Source of the DNA: Octopus bimaculoides | Lineage: Eukaryota | NCBI RefSeq assembly: GCF_001194135.2 | Contig: NC_068985.1 | Span: forward strand, 121,630,784-121,664,650 | DNA length: 33,867 bases | Direction of reading: 5' to 3' | In this document: positions 30,470 through 33,867 of the stretch, in pieces | Numbering within the stretch: the stretch's first letter is position 1 | How the letters are laid out: each line of letters starts with the position of its first letter | Notes under the pieces: generated by a model | Database searches by the model: none | Told to the model about the DNA's origin: nothing | Seen by the model: the letters and a program-made list of their open reading frames with translations, nothing else | Made by a program: the position numbers and the translations under genes

Positions 30470-32934
30470 CTAGATGTTTCTTCCAAAACATCTCAATAGA
30501 GTAAAGGGTTTGGTAGAATCAATGTTCAAATCCGATCAAGTAGTACTGATAAAACAACTGGAATACTGCAAGTGTTCAACAATTCAAGCCTTAAAGTGGT
30601 TGACAATGAAATTGACACTTACCAAAATGCAAGATACATCTCAGCTGGAGAGGAAATTTGGAAGATATTCAGATTTTCACTCCATTCCAGACAACCCACT
30701 GTCATAAATCTTTCATGCCATTTGAAAAGTCAACAATGTCTTACTTTTGCTGATGAGCTGCCTGAAAACCTTGAGCTTGCAGCAAAAACAACTTTGACTG
30801 AGCTTTTCAGGTTAAACTAATGTGACTCAGACACCAGAGACAAGCTTTATGCTGAAACTCCAAAGTATTATGCTTGGAATAAAAAAGTGAAGTGGCAAAA
30901 GAGGAAAAGGAACAATCACAGAAGATGGAAACTATGAAAGCAGTACTATTGGTTGCATCCCCATTATCGCTTACAATGTTCAGCAGAAGGAACTGTATAA
31001 CATGAGGATGCTATTGCACCATGTCAAAGGTCCCCAGTCATATGCTGACTTATGGACTGTTAATAGTGATCTATGTTTCAATTAACAAGATGCATGCACA
31101 AAGCAGAGACTTTTACAAGACAATGACAAAACCATTAAAACATTAGATGAAGCCAAACATCACTGTTTCAGTGACCAGCTAAGACACGTATTTTGTACTG
31201 TTTTCCTTACCTGTCAGCCACGTGATGCCAAAGGTTTATGGGAAAGATACAAGGATGCATTGTGTGATGAAAAAAAAAAAGACAAAACCACATGGAAAAA
31301 CCAACAGAATTCCTTTACAACGAGGTCCTGCTTTCCATCAAAGTAAGATTGGCCAGAGAAGAAGTCACAATGGCAAATCTTGGTCTTTTAGAGCCAAATT
31401 TTAAAAGTGAACTAGAATTTCTGCCAGTGATACTGCAAGAAGGGCTCAATTTTGAGAAAGCTGCTCTCCATGATCATGCTTTTGAGAGGTATCCAACACT
31501 AAATGCTAAACAGAAGTATATCTTTGACCAAGTTGTTGGATCAGTTATAAAGAAGGAGGGAAAAATATTTTGCTTGAATGCAAGTGGTGGCTCTGAGAAG
31601 ACTTACACAATCAATCTGATTCTCACTGAAGTTTGGTCACAAGGTCATATTGCTGTTGCCACCGCAGTCTCTGGGATTGCTGCAAACCTGCTGGAAAACG
31701 AAAGACCTTTGTACTCCAGATGCAGTATTCCACTGAGGATTACAGAGGAATATATGTGCCACATGAAAATAAGTGATTCCAGAAGAAAGTTTTTCCAAAA
31801 GGCAAGGCTACTGGTTATTGACGAAGTTACAATGGACCATAAGCATGTCTATGAATGTATTGATCCTAGTCTCAGAGAAGTTATACAAGAAACAGATAAG
31901 CTGTTTGGCGATCTGACTGTTTTGTTTTCCAGAGAGTGGAAGCAGATCTTACCCATGGTGCAAAGAGGTTCCAGACCCCAGATTATTCCTGTCACATTAA
32001 AACAGTCATATATTTGGAACTATGTCCAAAGCCTGCAACTGTCTGTCAATACGAGAGTCCAGAACTCTGGCAGTGATGATACTGCTTTCACATCCTATCT
32101 TGACCAGCTGAGGAATGGAACATTTCCTATCAATCAAGAAATCGGTGAATACAAAATATCTATTCTTCCACCGCATCTGACTCTACAAGGCTACAGGTCC
32201 TTTGTGAAGTGGTCTCCAGAGGTATTGATGAGAAATATAGAGAGGGACTATGGATGTACAGCAGAAGTGAATTCAGTTGTCATGTTGAAACTAAGAAGAT
32301 AGTAAAACTTATCGAAGCTGTAACACTTTGCATGAAAATGAGACTGAGTTCCCGCTGGAACTGATCAATGATCTCAATCCATTAAGGATTCCACCACACA
32401 TTTTGGTTTTAAAGAAGCACTCTTCCATTATGCTGCTCAGAAACCTTAAACCAACAGGAGGTCATTGCAATGGAACAAGATATATAGTCTTGGAACTGCA
32501 CAACCACCTTATTGAAGCAAAAGTGGTCAATGGGACTCATGCTGGAATCCGAATATTGATACCATGAATTCCATTGATCACCACCAAAGATTATCCATTC
32601 TCATTTTCCAGGAAGCGGTTTCCTGTGAAACTGGCTTTTGGAATGACGTCAAAAAAATCCCTTAGGGAAAGTTGGAATTTAGCTGCCAACACTTATGTTC
32701 AACCATGGACAGTTCTATGATGCCAGCAGCAGAGTTGGTTCTGGGAACAATGTGTATATATTGGCTTTGGACTCAGAGTATAAGGGTATGAAAGGAATCT
32801 ACTCTGACAACATTGTCTATAACGAAATTCTTTAAAAAATTATAGTAAGTTTCATTTTTGACTTTCAAACTATGAACAGGAGTTTAGATATGTAGTAGCT
32901 GAATCAACTACCTGGAGGGCAGTGATTCAGCTAG
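30470..32934 (+). mobile_element. 5'-truncated Helitron: Rep C-terminus, PIF1-family helicase pseudogene, intact 3' terminus
   Basis: DNEIDTYQNARYISAGEEIWKIFRFSLH, RMLLHHVKGPQSYADL, ASGGSEKTY (decayed Walker A), LLVIDEVTM, IMLLRNL..GGHCNGTR, RFPVKLAF, NIVYNEIL* (~32832). Hairpin followed by CTAG (32931-32934) and then T. Confidence 0.93.
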
Positions 32935-33000
32935 TATGTATATAAATGTGTGTGTGTGTGTTTTTGTATGTACATTTGTACACACATACACATCCATTTC

Positions 33001-33403
33001 ATAGGCTGTGTGGTAAGTAGCTTGCTTACCAACCACATGGTTCTGAGTTCAGTCCTACTGCGTGGCACCTTGGGTAAGTGTCTTCTACTATAGCCTCAGG
33101 CCGACCAAAGCCTTGTGAGTGGATTTGGTCGACGGAAACTGAAAGAAGCCTGTCGTATATATGTATATGTATATATATATATGCGTGTGTGATTGTGTGT
33201 CTGTGTTTGTTCCCCCAACATCGCTTGACAACCGATGCTGGTGTGTTTACGTCCCCGTAACTTAGCGGTTCGGCAAAAGAGACCGATAGAATAAGTACTA
33301 GGCTTCCAAAGAAGAAGTCCTGGGGTCGATTTGCTCGACTAAAGGCGGTGTTCCAGCATGGCTGCAGTCAAATGACTGAAACAAGTAAAAGAGTAAAAGA
33401 GTA
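33001..33403 (+). mobile_element. Full-length octopus OR-type tRNA-derived SINE
   Basis: A-box-like aggctgtgtgg, B-box-like gagttcagtcc, an internal TA/TG tract, and a gtaaaaga tandem tail. Confidence 0.88.
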
Positions 33404-33821
33404 CACATCTTTCACTTTCTGCTCTCACTGCAAAGCAAATGTCACCCTCCGCACACCATGAAAAGAAAAGTAAATGAATTAAAAAATTTTTAAGGAAATC
33501 AAAGAACAACCAGCTTATCCAATGATAGTTCTGTGGGTCAAAATGTAAGATCATCCAGTAAACTATGTATGCAATAATTCTGCAGTCGTGGTTGTTTAAA
33601 ATTTATCCAGTTCTTTACAAAATGTGGCCATATCTTGTAAATTACCTATGATAAAATGCTTCAAACGTACCTGGCTGGTGTAAACACTACTGTAGTGACA
33701 TCAATTAGGCGTTATTTATTAGACAGGAAATAACATGGTGTCAAGTATACCATAACATTATTTATGTGTCTCATATTTTTCTTTGCCCACTCAGTTGTAT
33801 CTATCAATCTATCTTTTTGTC

Positions 33822-33825
<4 letters not shown>

Positions 33826-33867
<42 letters not shown>
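33826..33867. repeat. (TG)n(TA)n microsatellite
   Basis: Direct reading of the sequence. Confidence 0.95.

Noticed and set aside
33672-33690. Possible 19-nt minus-strand micro-exon (ctacag acceptor, CAG/gtacgt donor)
   Set aside because: Cannot be distinguished from chance without transcript data.
1-33867. Prokaryotic features (operons, CRISPR array); the 17-bp and 21-bp repeats were considered
   Set aside because: The repeats are contiguous with no spacers, and the sequence is clearly eukaryotic repeat-rich DNA.

Overview
AT-rich, microsatellite-rich eukaryotic DNA with three N-gaps. It is most likely an octopod cephalopod; this is inferred from OR-type tRNA-derived SINEs and an RTE family with (GAT)n tails. 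I cannot support any host protein-coding exon. The window is mostly decayed and nested transposons: RTE and Tx1/L1-like LINEs, three Penelope-like (PLE) GIY-YIG remnants, three mariner elements, hAT MITEs, a Helitron remnant, SINEs, and a 365-bp satellite with an internal inversion. One CpG-rich TATA/E-box promoter-like region (~9.1-10.1 kb) points leftward. Four things stand out. (1) A hammerhead ribozyme with a complete core and a GUC cleavage site at 30362-30445 (-), with no PLE ORF next to it. (2) An inverted PLE insertion with both tails facing outward (15075-16253), bounded by a 9-bp duplication, whose right arm places a tRNA-like Pol III promoter just upstream of a hammerhead motif. (3) An RT-less GIY-YIG element that is open except for one frameshift. 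(4) An ORF1-only Tx1-like element. All family assignments come from motif recognition, not database searches.
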